A DNA stretch of 64,000 nt from positions 15,803-79,802 of the forward strand of contig DF237373.1 in NCBI GenBank assembly GCA_000708835.1, given 5' to 3'. Positions within the stretch are counted from its first letter, which is position 1; the number at the start of each line of letters is the position of its first letter. Position numbers and translations under genes: made by a program. This stretch comes from Klebsormidium nitens (taxonomy: Eukaryota; Plantae; Klebsormidiophyceae). The notes beneath the pieces are model-generated. The model had not been told where the DNA came from and ran no database searches. It was given only the letters and a program-made list of their open reading frames with translations. Positions 33,314-47,513 of the stretch are shown in pieces.

Positions 33314-36300
33314 ATGGGGCCAACTGAAAAGGTTTCTGAGATCGCTGACGGTATGAGGATCACTGAAACTGGAGTGACACCACCCCTTTCAGTTCACCGC
33401 ACGCACTTTCCCGCTTTCCCCTTCAAGCCTTATGGCATCCAGAAGGATTTCATGGGTGCGATCTATAAGACGCTTGATCTGAATGGGATTGGCATCTTCG
33501 AGAGTCCAACGGGGACGGGCAAAACGCTAAGCCTGATTTGCAGTTCGCTGCAGTGGTTACAAGACCAGCAGTTGAAAGTGGAGGAAGAAAAGGCTAAGCA
33601 GGATGCATTGGATGATAAGTCAACGGAGCCTGATTGGATGAAAGACTTTGGGACGAAGAAGGATGAGATCAACAAAAAGCAGAAGGATGAGAGGAAGGAG
33701 AAGAGGAGGGCACGCCTGGCAAAAGAGGCCGCAAGGTTGAAAGCTGAAACTCAGAAGGCTGCGGGTTGCGGTACGAAATCAGAAATGGAGGGGTCAATAG
33801 GAGACTCGGATGATGCCTTTGTCCTTGATGAATGGGAGAGCGATACTGAGAAGGCACCGGGGAGCGCAAGGAAAAGGAAGAAGGGCGTGACGGTTGATAG
33901 CAGTGATGAGAGCGAATCTGATGAGGAGACTGAAACAAAAACAAAGGTGGGACCCTGAGACAGTGGGAGCCTCTTATCCTCTAAGGGATTTGAGTGAGTT
34001 CCTTGCCTAGACGTGTTGATTCCATAGAGAACTCTCGAAATCTACCGCATACAATCACTCACGCAAGTACCCAGGTGTTTGAGGTTCTCGCACAAACAAT
34101 TGTAGGCATGATAAGAAGCACTCTTTTTGTTTCACTCTTCTGATGTCTCTTCTGCGGTCTGTATTCGTTGCCATAGTCTCAACGCTCTAATGCGTCAATG
34201 GAAGCACCTAAGTCGCTTGTGATCGATGTTCGAGTGGTGTTGCAGTATCAAGTCATTACAAAATGGATGTTGCAAATAGCAGATATATCACTCAATTTAC
34301 TACTTTTGTTGGCCAGGTCTACTTCTGCAGCAGGACCCACTCTCAGCTCTCTCAGTTCATTGGAGAGCTCAAGAGGACCAGCTTCACCCAATCCGAACTC
34401 CAAACAACCTCCATCGCATCACGAAAGAACCTGTGCATCAATGAAGGTAGAATCCTCACTCTCAACACTGTCCTGCTTTTTCTGCGTGATTCGCTTTTGA
34501 GGGTCTTGCTTTTTGCAGTTGGCTTGATAAAATGAATGTGGTATTCAATGGATGTATTGGGTAGTTCGGGTGGAATACTTTCTCACCGGACTCAGTTTCC
34601 GTTCATGTGCCATCAGTGAAAGCGACCTAGATGAAACGGAAGGTCAACCCGTCATCTTAGGGGTCAACCAAGTCAGGCCTGATCTCCAGATTTAGATTAT
34701 CCCAGATGTTTTTCACAATATTCCGTGGTCCCTGTAGACATCTAATCCCTTCCTTGAAGTAACTAAGTCATCCACGGACTTTCCTCTTTGGCTTCAACAT
34801 CCGACTTGCGACCTTGTCCCAGCTGTGCTCAAGTAACAACCGTTCTCTACTTCGATCACTCGAATCCATCACCAGATCCATCACGAAACCCATTACTAAC
34901 CCCACCGCATCGATCAATCCACCGGGTTGACTAGATTCAACAGTCACCCCTCGAATCAACCACTAACCACTCCCAAAACCCTTTCCAGCTGTGCTCCGCC
35001 TCGGCAGCACCACCCGTATCAACGAGCGCTGCCTCGAGCTCCAAAAGGACAAAGCAAAGTCCTCTTCCGCCAAACTCGCCCAAACCGCATTGGGAGGGAA
35101 GTCTAAAGCTTCCAAAGGGGGCTGCCCTTATCTCGCCCAACCGAAGCTGCAGCGGAGCTTCAAGGACCACGTGCTAGAATTTGAGCCGTTGGATATCGAG
35201 GACCTGGCACGCCTGGGCCGTCGGATCGGGACCTGTCCGTACTACGGGGCGAGGAAAGTGCTGCCGACAGCGGACTTGGTCGCGTTGCCATACCAGTCGA
35301 TACTGCACAAGTGAGGACTTTTTGCATCGACTCACGGACTTGTTTGGACGGTGGTCATGCTACGAAGGTGGAGCCACTCTTAGATACAATTTTTCAACGA
35401 GCATGGTCACGGCTGGTTCGTCCGGTTAAAGGCGGCGATCATCGTTTCCTTCCTTCTCTTTGGGTTGAGGAAGAAAGGGATCATGCGACGTTCTTATAGA
35501 AGAGAAAGTTCAAATGCTCGAACAAGTTGCAGGTGTCGCTGAACGACGAAGCCGACTATCCGGCCACTTCCACTTCAATTCGCTCCTGATTCACTCAATT
35601 TGTGGACTCACGTCTTTCGACCGCCTAGATGAAGATCACCATCTTAGATTTTGTGGGTCCACAAAGTAAGTGTAGGACGTGCATATGGAAGTCCAAGTTG
35701 GTCGTTTCTCGGATCCGGTCCGTCTAGAAAAACCGACTCAACCTCACGGCGTCCATCGTTTTCGAGCTTTGACAGCCGAGGCCTACTTTTTTGAACGGTC
35801 AGTATTTCCACCCTCTCTTCACAATAAGAGGGACCGCATGACGATTTGAACTCCTGCCCAGGCCGACGCGTGAGTCGCTGGGCATCAGCCTGAAGGACAG
35901 CGTGGTCATTGTCGACGAGGCGCACAATCTAGTAGACGCTGTCACCGCCATCCACAGCAGCCTCATCACTGGACAGCAGGTGCGGACTTCTCTTGTTTCT
36001 AAATTGACTAAGGGACTAGTGAAGTAACGGGAGTGACTGAGTGACGGGTAAAGTTGGTCTGGGGTTTTAGGGTGGGTGTAGGTGGATCGTGTCATTGCTA
36101 TGGTTAGATTTTTTTGTTGTTACGCTCGTGTTTGCCCCGAGTACGATCTTTTCTCGACATGAAGTAGAGATATATATTAGGTGGGGCACCATTGTACGTA
36201 CCGTGCTTCGCAGCCGAACGTCCTCCGAAGCCGCCGTTTGAAATTTGGTGCAAGTGCTTTCCCGATGGTTTTTGAAGAAATAGTCAGTATTTTTGGAGTT

Positions 36301-39300
36301 CAGAAGGGAACAGCGTCAGGCCACAGGTTCCTACGGCTTTTCAGCACTTGAGGGTCCGAGAACATCTGAAATTGACGGAGATGCGGAGAGAACACGTGAT
36401 AGTCCTCCTCCCGATTTGTGACTCCGACTTGCCTTTGTGCCCCTGAAAGTAGCCCTCATTGGACAACGCAATGACGTTTCCTTTCGACGGACAGAAGGAA
36501 ATGTTTTGACGGTTACACTAACACGAACGCTTCTCTGTCTTTCACCAAGCTACCACTCGCACCCCCTGTCATTATACAGCTCGCTACCTTGTAAAAGTCA
36601 AGCTGAAGCCCTTGCTTGTGTGTGATATCTCCCAAGTCCGGACGTTGATAATAATTTCCAATTTCTGTTCCTCTTGACCCACTTCTTGCCCTCATTCCAG
36701 CTGGTAACCGTGCACGGTCAGCTCCTCGGTTACCTAACCCGCTTCGCCGACCGCCTCGCGCCCGGCAACCGGCGCTACATCCAGACCCTCCTTACGCTCA
36801 CCGCCGCCTTCCTCCGCCGCCTGCGCCTAGCGAAGGATGGCACCCTCATAACATCATCCTCCACGTCAGCCGCCACGTCACCTGCCGCGTCAGCGACGGG
36901 CGAGGTGTCGACGCTGAACGACTTCCTGTTCTCGCTGGCCATAGACAACGTGAACCTCTTCCGGCTGGAGCGCTACGTCCGAGAGAGCAACGCCGTGCAC
37001 AAGGTGGGGGCGCGTTCGTGCGGACGTCACGCGAGCGGTCCGTTACGTCATGACTGCGTCATGCGGAGTGGTTCCCTGAGTGGCTCGGCTACCGAGGCGA
37101 GGATTCGAAGGCGTAGAGTTGTGCAGAACCGGATCGTGCAATCGGTTTTGCACTCCCGCGTGTTTTTTTCTTCTCGTCCCTTGTCCCTTGTCCCTTGCCC
37201 AAACGTCCCTGCAGTCGTTTTCCGCTTTGTTTCGTTGCTGCTTTCGCAGAGCTATCAAACGCCCAGTCTTTAGAGTCGCGTCGTCGATGGGCGGTGGAAG
37301 AATGCCGTTTACATCACCATCAAAGCAATCACTCTATCATTGATTTATTTTTGACCGCCGACCGGCTATCTCTCATGCGCGGCTGGTGGGCTCTAGGACC
37401 GCGGCTCCGGCAGAAATGTGCGCGGACGACGCCCTCTGTGAAGCCACAGCAATGTCATTTGCGATTCTTTTTCCCCTTTTGATCTTATCGTCGAAAGCTT
37501 GCGGCTCTCTTTACCAGCGGCCTGCTTCGACATGTCGTGCAGATCAGCGGCTATGGCGAGCGGCAGCTGCAGCAGGACCCACTTGAGACAACGGAAGCAG
37601 GTGGGCGTCCATTCTGTCCTTTCTCGGTGGTGCGTTTTGACGGGCGGAGTTCGTTTGTACGATCGCGCAGGAAGACAGAACGACTTCTATCTTAGAGCAC
37701 GCAGAAAATAAAGCAGAAGAGCTGAGTTGATGCCGTCTAATCCTCTTTCTTTGCATTGTCCCATTAGACACCAAAGACGTGTCTGCTCGCGCTCGGAGCT
37801 CACAATCGCATGCTGCAACGGACAGTTTATAGGGCGCCTCGCAATTTTGCCCACACCAATTGCCGGCCACGAAGCAACTGAACAGGCGAAGGAAGTAGTT
37901 CTTGAGTCCCTTACGCCCGTTGCACAATGCGGAGTTTAGCAGAGCAGCTAAGAAGGCTTTGCTCGCCTTCTGCCAATCGTAAGTCTCGGAATCCCAAAGC
38001 CTGTTCGTTCTTGAGTCCTAACAATCCAAATGTCCTCCCGTCGAGCTCTTGCGTGCTCTCTGCTGGCCGACGCTGACGTATAAAGACCCCAAAGCATAGA
38101 TTTGCTGGATCCACTAGCCTTGATGAGCGCATCGCTGACGTCACAAACCCCAAACCCCTCGCAGCCTCGGCCCACAGCAGCGCCATCGGCTCCTTCCAGG
38201 CCGCCGCGGCCTTCATCGTTGCGCTGACGAGCACCGACAGCGACGGGCGCGTCATCGTGACGTCAGCGCGGTCGGGCGGCCAGCCGCACGAGGCGACGCT
38301 CAAGTTCGTCATGCTCAACGCCGCCAAGCACTTCCAACCCGTGAGACATCCTTGACGGAGCTTTGACATAGACTGGGCAACCGTGCTGCTTGCTCCCTTG
38401 CGGTGATTCCATCTTGACATTTTGGGCGCAGTCGCAAGTACGGGTCGAGGATGTAATTACTATCTTGCTCACTTCAAACATGTATGAGGGCTTAAGAGAC
38501 GCTTTCGACGTAGCACACTCGCCTTTGGTTCTGCACTTAAGTACCGCCTCGACGCGTTTCTGCTCTGGTGTTGGGTTTCCTACAACAATACTTGTACGCC
38601 GTCGCTCACAAATTCTCCCAACGATTTCTAATATGCGCTTTTCTAAACTCTACAAGTCTGAAATGACCAGTCTGGATACACTCGTCCCACTAAAGCTTAA
38701 AATCTTGTCTCCTGAAGAACCCAGGATTCGCAGATTTCCAAACCCCTCAACCCCCTCCCCATGCACGCGTAGATTGTCAATGACGCGCGCGCAATTGTCC
38801 TGGCGGGCGGCACCCTCCAGCCGACGTCCGAGCTGCGCGAGCGCCTCTTCCCGCAGGTCAGTGATGAATTTTACTGATGTGATTTTAATGTGGCCGCAGC
38901 CAGCGCAGTAGTGTAGATTCTACGTTGAGTTGCGTCAGTGCCCTAGGTACGGGTGAGGCTGCTTTTGGAAATTAGGGTGGGTACTAGTACGGTGCACTTG
39001 AGCTTCTGAGTTTAGGGTTTTACTTTTTGTGAGCCCTTGGATATGTTCCAACTCAACGTATGCCTCAAACAACGTACTGATAATCGTCATTTCACTTGAG
39101 AATCTACGTACCTGGGTACTCTCTTTCAACACCCTGACCCGAAAATTACGTATTTCACATCCGCACCCACCCTAACCATTCGACCAATTCCACTCATCAC
39201 CCGGACGCCTGACTTAAGTTATCTGCTTCTTCAGTCACATAAGAGCTACCAAAGTTAAGCAAATACACAATCCACCTTTTCTGCAGGTTCCGGACGTCCG

Positions 39301-41581
39301 GCTCCGCTTTTTCTCCTGCGGACACATCGTGCCCCGGGAGAGCGTCCTGCCCATCGCGCTGCGCCAGGGGCCCACCGGGCGCCTCTTCGACTTCCGGTTT
39401 GAGTCTCGGGGTGCGCCGGCCATGGTGAGAGATGGTCTTAGGCCCTTGTTGTCCTTGAAGTTGTTGTTCACAATGTCCGGGAATCCGATTTTTTCAAAGG
39501 CTGCGTACTTATGAATCTCGATGGTGACTAAGGTATACTTCCCGCGACTACCAGCCGCCGAGGCCAAGGGAGGCGTTCCTCAACCACAATTCTGCCCCAA
39601 TTTCTTGAACCTTGTCTTCTACTTCAGGGAGTCGTATCCTTGTTTCTCCAGATCAACCTTTCTTTTAGCAATCGGCCACGTTGTCTTCTCTTATGTTCTA
39701 CCTTTTGGACCCCGTACCGCTGTCTCCCCTGTGCTTTTAAAACCCTCTAAGCCTACTCCAGGCTCGTCGCTACATAACCCAGTGGGATTTTCATCTTTTG
39801 AATCATAGAATTCTGTTGTGCGCTTGTGCCTGCCGCAGCTTTAGCACGCAAGTTTTGCTCTTGGGGCTCCTCCTTCCAACGCTGGTTAACTTCTCTATGA
39901 GACCTTCAACGTGGTCTGTCGACTCATGCTCCCGATCGTCAATCAGTCAAAGCTCCGCATCCCTGGTCTGCGAAGTTCCTCAGAACCGAAGCCTCTCCAA
40001 GCCCTGCAAAAGGGACATGCCCAATTCCTACTCTTCTGCTTCTAACCAAGAGACTCCAGCCCCTACGTCCTGAGCTAGCCACCAGCCCCTAACTCCCAAA
40101 CCTTGACTTCAGCCCTCTTTTCTCGCAACCCACCCCCTGGTTTTCTCTAATTCAGATCGAGGAGCTGGGCCGGCTCCTCTCCAACCTGTGCACCGTCGTG
40201 CCGGGGGGTCTCGTCTGCTTCTTCCCGTCCTTTGCGTACGCAGACCACGTGGCAAAATCCTGGGAGGCCGCAGGCATCCTTGCGTCGATCCGCGCCAAAA
40301 AGGCCGTCTTCACGGAACCACGCACCGCCGCCGAGGTGGAGAGTACGCTCGACCGGTACCGCGCATGCATCGTTGGTTCCGCCGGAATGTCAAGCGCGTT
40401 CTCCGCCGGAACGGGTTCGGGGGGGTCGGGAAAGCTGGGGAAGAAGGGGGGTGCGGTGCTCCTGTCGGTCGTGGGGGGAAAGATGTCGGAGGGGATCAAC
40501 TTCAGCGACGACATGGGGCGGTGCGTGGTTATGGTCGGGTTACCGTACCCGAGCAAAACGGACCCGGAACTGCAAGAGCGGATGCAGTACCTGGAGCGCG
40601 GGTTAGACTTGACCCAGCTGGGGTTAAGTCCTTCTGCCGACGGGTTGGGGCCCGAGACGCCAGGGGGAGAGCGAGTGGGGGCGGCGGTTACTGTGAGGAA
40701 GGGTCGGGGCCACGAGTATTACGAGAACCTGTGCATGAAGGCGGTCAACCAGTCGATCGGTGAGTTTTACTGAGTAGGAGATGCAGATTATAAGGTCCAT
40801 TTACCTGCAAGTGGACAGACTCTCAGTCAATCTGTAAAATTTTTTTCTAAAAAGTCCTTCGCATGATCCAGGCTTCTTTGCCTAATCCAGCCAGACAACG
40901 CCGACTTAGGTCTCCTGGCTATCTTCGAGGTGCCTGATTGGAGATTCCATTCTGTTCTCAATAATAGACTTGTTGAAAGTGTTCGAGTTTTTTGTATCAT
41001 GGCGTTGCTTTTCGCTAGCGACGTTTTGGGCATAAGAACTTATCTATTTTTTTCAGAACATTCCAGGAATCACTGTCCAAGGAGGCAGCCGAGATTGCAT
41101 CTTCGGAAAGAGTCAAGCGGTCTGTTGAGCTTGAATAAATGACATCCCTCTTTTCCCAGAAGAAGGGCTGCTAGGTTCTCCACCGCGGGTAATTCGCTAT
41201 CTTCCTTCGTCGGATCTGCCCGTCTCCAGCTCGTCATTCAATGACGTTTCGTTTCTCTCGGATTGAGTGACCTCTCCCTTGATCCGTCAGCCTCCTGTTC
41301 TCGGCACCTTCACCAACGAGCTCTTGTTCATCAGAACAAATCCGACATTTCTCACCCCTTTCTTTCCGCATACAGGAAGAGCGATCCGGCACGCGGGAGA
41401 CTACGCCTCGATTATCCTAGTGGACCACCGTTACGCCCCAGCCGCAGGCACGCAGCCAGTCTCGGGCCCCGCCAAAAAGCTGCCGGGCTGGATCCAAGAT
41501 AGCCTGGTGACAGCTGGCACCTTCGGCGAGGCCTACAAGAAGTTGCACCAGTTCTTCAAAGCACGCGAGTTGCAAGCGTAG
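33314..41581 (+). CDS. DDX11: DDX11/ChlR1 (Chl1) Fe-S cluster DEAH 5'-3' DNA helicase, multi-exon
   Basis: Seen: FPFKPYGIQ (Q motif), ESPTGTGKT (Walker A), [13 protein letters not shown] (34317-), Fe-S cysteines in LCINE / NERCLELQK / GCPY / [14 protein letters not shown] (~35905-35930), [91 protein letters not shown] at 41579-41581. Confidence 0.95.
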
Positions 41582-43128
41582 ACGAGAAACATTGCGTTAT
41601 CCTGACAGTCACAGGGTGCGGACTCTTCATATTGTGTGGAAAGCTGACGAGAGATCAATGAGTAGCCGATTCTGATGCTTCAAAGCTGTAGACCGTAAGA
41701 GCTCAAAGTAGGACAGGTGTAGATCTAAATGTTGTATGAAAGACGGGCTGTGACTATAGATACATGCTGTAATGCAGACTTGGTGTAGAGGAGACCCATT
41801 ACCTCCGCCACTTACTGAGGGATCTGAATGTTTTCGATTCTACGAACGGTGGCATGGACCTAGATGTGATGATCAATCTGTATAACTCACACAACATGAA
41901 TTAAGGTGCTAGTAGCCTATATGCGGCATCTTAGCAGAATATATCCACGTGCCAATCTAACGCAATTAACAGATTCGTGGATGAAGATATATGACAAGCT
42001 AAAGCTGGGCATGGATGAAGATCTATGACATGCCTACTGGCAAGTGAGCTATAGACAGACTTGGAAGCATGCATGCAACTTAGCTCGATGCACCGGGGAG
42101 TTGATCACGGCAGATTCCGGAAATTAGTCAAGAATTAGGCACGACGGCTGGCACATGCGCAAATCAAGCATGTGCATATAGCCATGTTACTAAGACCGTA
42201 CGTGAATTGTAACGTGGTCGACATCTTACCCTGTGTGTCCCATCATGCATGCACGCCCTGTTAATATAGTGTAACCAGCGCCGCGATCGCAAGAGTCATG
42301 GCCGAATTGCCATGAATGCCCAGTGACATAGGGGCCGGGCCGCACTCAGGTTGCTTGTAATAGCATGCAATTTCAGCGAACTTTTGCATAGCTCAGTGTT
42401 TCAGCGCGTCTTTTCATAGATAGCTGGAGCTTGTGACGATTCAATTCAGTGCACGGCTTACCAGACTGAATTATACTGTTTTACTCGCAACCAACATCGA
42501 ACAGTGAAGGTGAATAAGTTAACTATAATGCAATGCATCGCAAATGCATGTAATGAGCGTTGACATAATAACGACGATTTGGTAACATGGCGTCGTTGAC
42601 GGAAGTCGGTAAAGGTGTCGTATGATTGGAGAGTATAAAATCCATTGATATATAGACGATGAAGCAACATGTTGTGGTTTACAATTGTCCACCATTTCCT
42701 TCGGCGAGCTGTAAGACTCAATATCATGATGGAAAGACCGTGCAGAAGATGTGGAGGAATGAGAACATGGTAATTTTAAGTATTACAATCACATCGATGG
42801 TTTTAGTAAACGTTTGGGAGACTTAACGCGCTTTCGGAAAAACTGCTGAGATTGATTCAGTAATCAATGTTCACCACAACTCCTCAACGAGGAGATAAAT
42901 CTTGACAGTGTCTATTCAATGTCACCCCTTCTTCGTGTGCAGCCACAACAAAACTCGCACTCGCAAAGTCTGCACTGAATTCGCAAATCGGCACTGAGAT
43001 TTGTGCCAAGCAGTGTCACACTAGACGGCCTAGATATGCATCGCCAGCTCAAAAGTCTATCTCCTCGCACATGTACAGCTCAGCACTACCAACTTGCAAA
43101 AAACGCCCAAATATGTCTGTGACATTAT

Positions 43129-46100
43129 CTACCGCAGTGCGTCAGCAGCGTCGTCAGCCGCATGGCCGACGGCTCTCTTCGCATCCTTGGCAGTTCCCTC
43201 AACGGACCTGGCAGCGTCCTTTCCCAAATGCTTGGCGTCGTGCGCTCTGTCCTCGGCCCAGTCTTCGGCGTCTCCAGCGGCGCGCTTCGCCTTGGAGGCC
43301 AGGCCGTCGCCACGGTCCTTCGCTTCGTCGGCCTTGTCCTCAGCCCAGTTCTGCAAAAGGTTTTGGAAACGCCGGGTCAAAGAACAGAAGTAAAGCATAT
43401 TTGTGTATGTCAATCGGTCTCTTCTCACCCATTAGGGACGACATCAGGCAGTTATGCGACCGTAGAAGAGTAAAACAAGGATGTTTGCCTCCAGATAATA
43501 GAGTAAAAGCTTGCTGCCACTCAAAAACAACTCTAAACAAAATCGAGAGTTTCCAATCTCGTTTGGTCAACCGATCGAGAGATTTTGTAACATCACTAGT
43601 GCAAACATCGCCTCGTAGCATGTCAATGTCCATATGGGAGGAACATTACGAACAAAACCACCACAGATTCCTTTCTCGAACGAACCTTTTCCGAAGGAAA
43701 AGGATCGGAGCGACTCTCACCTGAGTGTCTCTGGCCGCACCCTTGGCGTCCTTCTGCGCACCGCGCGCAGACCCCTTCAAGTCGTCCGCCGCATCTTCTG
43801 CCTTATCCCCCAGCCTGCCGGACTCGTGCCTGGCGTCACGTGACGCACTCTTGGCGCTCCCCTCAACGTCGTCAGCAGCGGAGCCCACCGCGCGCTTGGC
43901 ATCATGCGCCTTATCTTCAACCCATTCACCCGCATCACCGGCAGCGCGCTTGGCCTTGGAAGCGAGGCTGTCGCCGCGGTCCTGGGCCTCATCAGCTTTG
44001 TCCTCGGCCCAGTTCTGCAGAGATGGTTTTAAAATCGTTAAGTACAGATCGTGTTTGTTTGCCTTGCAAAGCTTCCAACGACCAACTCCGTTGTACCACA
44101 GTCGACAGAGGACAAATTGCTTACGCTGTGTTGTTTGTAGGATGTATGATACGACCAAACGTACGAAGGCATACAATGCACGAGCCAGCATACTTGCACG
44201 AGCTGGTACGGAAGGCGACACACAAGCGAAGCGAATTTCGGACATGGCAGATTGTCACATATTTTCTTGATGGCTGCCGATTGTTATTATTAATTAGAAA
44301 AATCTTCAATGCATACCAGTGCAAAACAGTTTAACTTTTCAATCGATTCTTACCTGAGTGTCTCTGGCTGCGCCCTTGGCATCCCTCTTCAGGTCCCCCG
44401 CAGCGTCCTCAGCCTTGTCACCCCACCTCCCAGACTCGTGCCTTGCATCGCGGGACGCGCTCTTGGCACTCCCCTCAGCATCGTCAGCAGCAGAGCCCAG
44501 GGCATCCTTAGCATCGTCTGCCTTGTCCTCAATCCACTCGCCCGCGTCACCAGCAGCGCGCTTGGCCTTGGAGACGAGGTTGTCGCCGTGGCCTGAAGCT
44601 TCGTCAGCCTTGTCCTCGGCCCAGTTCTGCAGAGATAGAATCTAATAACATCAGCAAACGTCTTCTGTTTAACGATAAGCATCGGACAACAATTCCGTCT
44701 GCGTCTTTCGTTCTCTTACATTGAAGCGATAGCCAGAAAGGTCACACATAACAAAGCATGGTGCGCACGAGCTGGTACGAAGAGAGATAGGCAAGCGAGG
44801 CACTTTTTATCACATACTTCGTCAGACACTGCTGTGAGGAACAATCTCATCTAACGAAAGCATAGCATGGTCCTGACAAAAGGTAGTGAGGAAGCAACAC
44901 AATGCTGACCATCCAATCTTTTTTACCGAAACTCACTACTTGAGCAGACACTGGAACAGGACATCTGGAAGTTGCAGTATATTGCACCTGTGTGTCCCTG
45001 GCCGCGCCCTTGGCATCCCCCGCTGCGTCCTCTGCCTTGTCACCCAACCTTCCAGACTCGTGCCTGGCATCGCGAGATGCGCTCTTGGCGCTCCCCTCAG
45101 CATCGTCGGCGGCGGAACCGAGTGCGTGCTTGGCATCGTCGGCCTTGTCTTCGATCCACTCTCCCGCATCGCCAGCAGCGCGCTTGGCCTTCGAAATGAG
45201 GTTGTCGCTGTGGCCCGAAGCTTCGTCAGCCTTGTCTTCAGCCCAGTTCTGCAGAGGCATACGGAATGTTGAAAATGCAAAACATTTGATATTTCGCAGC
45301 TCGTCTTGTCAAGATTTTGGCATCTCATATATATCCAGGAGGTGTGGAAGAACGACTACAACTCGGTGTCATGACAGCAACGAAGCTCGAACTTGGACAG
45401 CCAACTAAGCGTTTTATGCTGTTGATTTTGTAGTAGCAAACTGCAACTGAGTTGTATTTAAACTGCTTCATGCGTCTGGACTGGTGCAAAACGAAGGGCA
45501 ACAACAATGACCTGAACGCAGTAGCAGATCACCGAACCAATCCCGAAGTATTTTGAAAGCCAGTACTGCAAAACAAGGAGAGCAGGTCAAATATGAAAAC
45601 ATACCTGAGTGTCCCTGGCAGCACCCTTCGCATCGCTCTTCAGGCTTCCTGCTGCGTCCTCTGCCTTGTCACCCAGTCTCCCAGAGTCGTGCCTGGCGTC
45701 GCGAGATGCGCTCTTGGCACTGCCCTCAATGTCGTCAGCAGCTGACTTCACATTCCTCTCGGCGTCCCTGGTGGCACCCTTGGCGTCGCGGGACAGGTCC
45801 TTGGCGGCCCCCTCAACATTGCGGCCAGCCTTCTTGGCCTGAAGTCAAAACAAGGAGGTCAATGTCAATGAAGAGAATTGAGGATGTATGTGATACAATT
45901 AACATCCCAAAATGTATGCTCCTGAGCCTTCCTTTCTGGCAGTCGTGACTGCATTGAGCACCTTTCACCTAGGTACAAGATTGAGGTTCTATTCAATGCA
46001 GAAGAATCCAGAAACGGGAGTGCAAATATAATAAGCGCTAACAAGCTGGTAATGCGAGCAGTCAAGGAACCCTGTAAACAATGCAGCAGTATCAGTCCAG

Positions 46101-46961
46101 CTGAGCCCACAATGTCTCCCCACAAAAAATTCCTATCTCTGCTTAAGAATGGACACCCTATAAGAAGACACCGAGTAATGCATGCATGCTAACCTCATGC
46201 TTGGCATCGTGAGCAGCTCCGCCAAGGTCGTCGCGCGCATCATCAACCTTGTCCTTGAGTGCGTCAGCAGCATCTGCCACGGCGTTGGCAACCTGCTTGA
46301 GGGGGTTCTGCACAAACCAATGAGATAAGTCAGGCCTCATCCAGCACTGTACGGTTTCAAGACCAATTTGCTGCATTAGCTTGAGAAAAATGTCTATCTT
46401 CACAGCATTTTGGCCAGTATTTGAGCTGGCACACAACCTACTACCGCTGGAACAAATAAAGCTACTTCTCAAGCTTGTTTTCTGTGTTCGACCCAATCGT
46501 AAGAAGTACCTCCACCATCGTCTGCTTCAAAGGACTTCGACAGGTGTTCCTTTCTAGATTGGCCAGTCATTCTTAGTGCTGGTCCTGACGGTTTTATCAG
46601 CTCCAACACCAATCCAGCAAGGAATGCATGCATGGTAATAGCTACCTTTTTCTCCAGTTCAAAGAAACTTGCGGAACAGAAACTGCCTCCAATGGGAGAA
46701 AACACTCAGCATTGTCCTATGAGATGCAGTTTGAATGCAGAGACCATCGAATCCCATCGAAGTAGCAGGGGACCTCAATGAAAGCAGCTTCACCCTTACC
46801 TTGTCAGCCCTAACCACGAAGGTCCTCTGAATAGCCGGCTTCTGCACAGTCGTCAATCTGATTGGCGTCCTAACAATGCTGTTGTGGCTGGAAGCAACAG
46901 ACGAAGCCCCGACCAGAGCGGCCGGGGAGACGGTGCTCCTGAGAAGGGTGGAGGAAGCCAT
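43129..46961 (-). CDS. Plastid-targeted LEA-like (group 3-like) hydrophilic repeat protein, about 519 aa, 7 phase-0 exons
   Basis: Seen: exons 46961-46800 (Ser/Thr/Arg-rich transit peptide ending FVVRA), 46307-46194, 45838-45605, 45248-44988, 44626-44354, 44014-43721, 43350-43129. The last four exons each begin NWAEDKADEA. A/D/K/G-rich, no Cys. The LEA-like call is inferred from composition and amphipathic periodicity. Confidence 0.82.
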
Positions 46962-47513
46962 TGTGTGAATAATTGCAATCGAACTTCTTTGAAGATGGTG
47001 GTGGTAAGTTTAGTAGACTAGGTAGTAGGAAAATGCAAGCTAAGCAATCGTCTTGTTGAGATGAAGGAAAACGTGCTGCCGCAGGGAAGGTAAGTAGGCA
47101 AGATGGAAGTTGAGCAGAACGCTGAACAGAGCAGAACCTGAGGACTTCTCTTTCGCTCCAACTCTTCGCAACCTTCCTTAGTAGCGACTCGTGCAGCTGC
47201 CGGATCCGGAGTGTCATGCAGATCTGGCAGGCCAGGGGTTGGTCAAACAGGGTTTCGATTGACACTTGCTTGCAGAGATTGCTGCCATGACGTTCTGCAC
47301 CAGCTGTCCACTTTCCAAGGCACCTGTCAAAGTTGTCCACCTCGGACTGCGCCCAGTCAGCCTGCCAAGTGGATTGTTTGCATGGCGTGTTTCTCTTTGC
47401 GCTCGACAACCAGCTGCGGGGGGGTTCCGTCACCCTTTTCCGGAACGTCGGCGTAGAAGCACTCTCATAGCCGTCGATCGAGCAACCATTGTTGACACTC
47501 ATCAATCTTGACT

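Noticed and set aside
43071-45948. Repeated + strand ORFs (MSLAAPLAS...) antisense to the LEA-like gene
   Set aside because: They arise from the codon bias of the repeated sense exons and break at intron boundaries.
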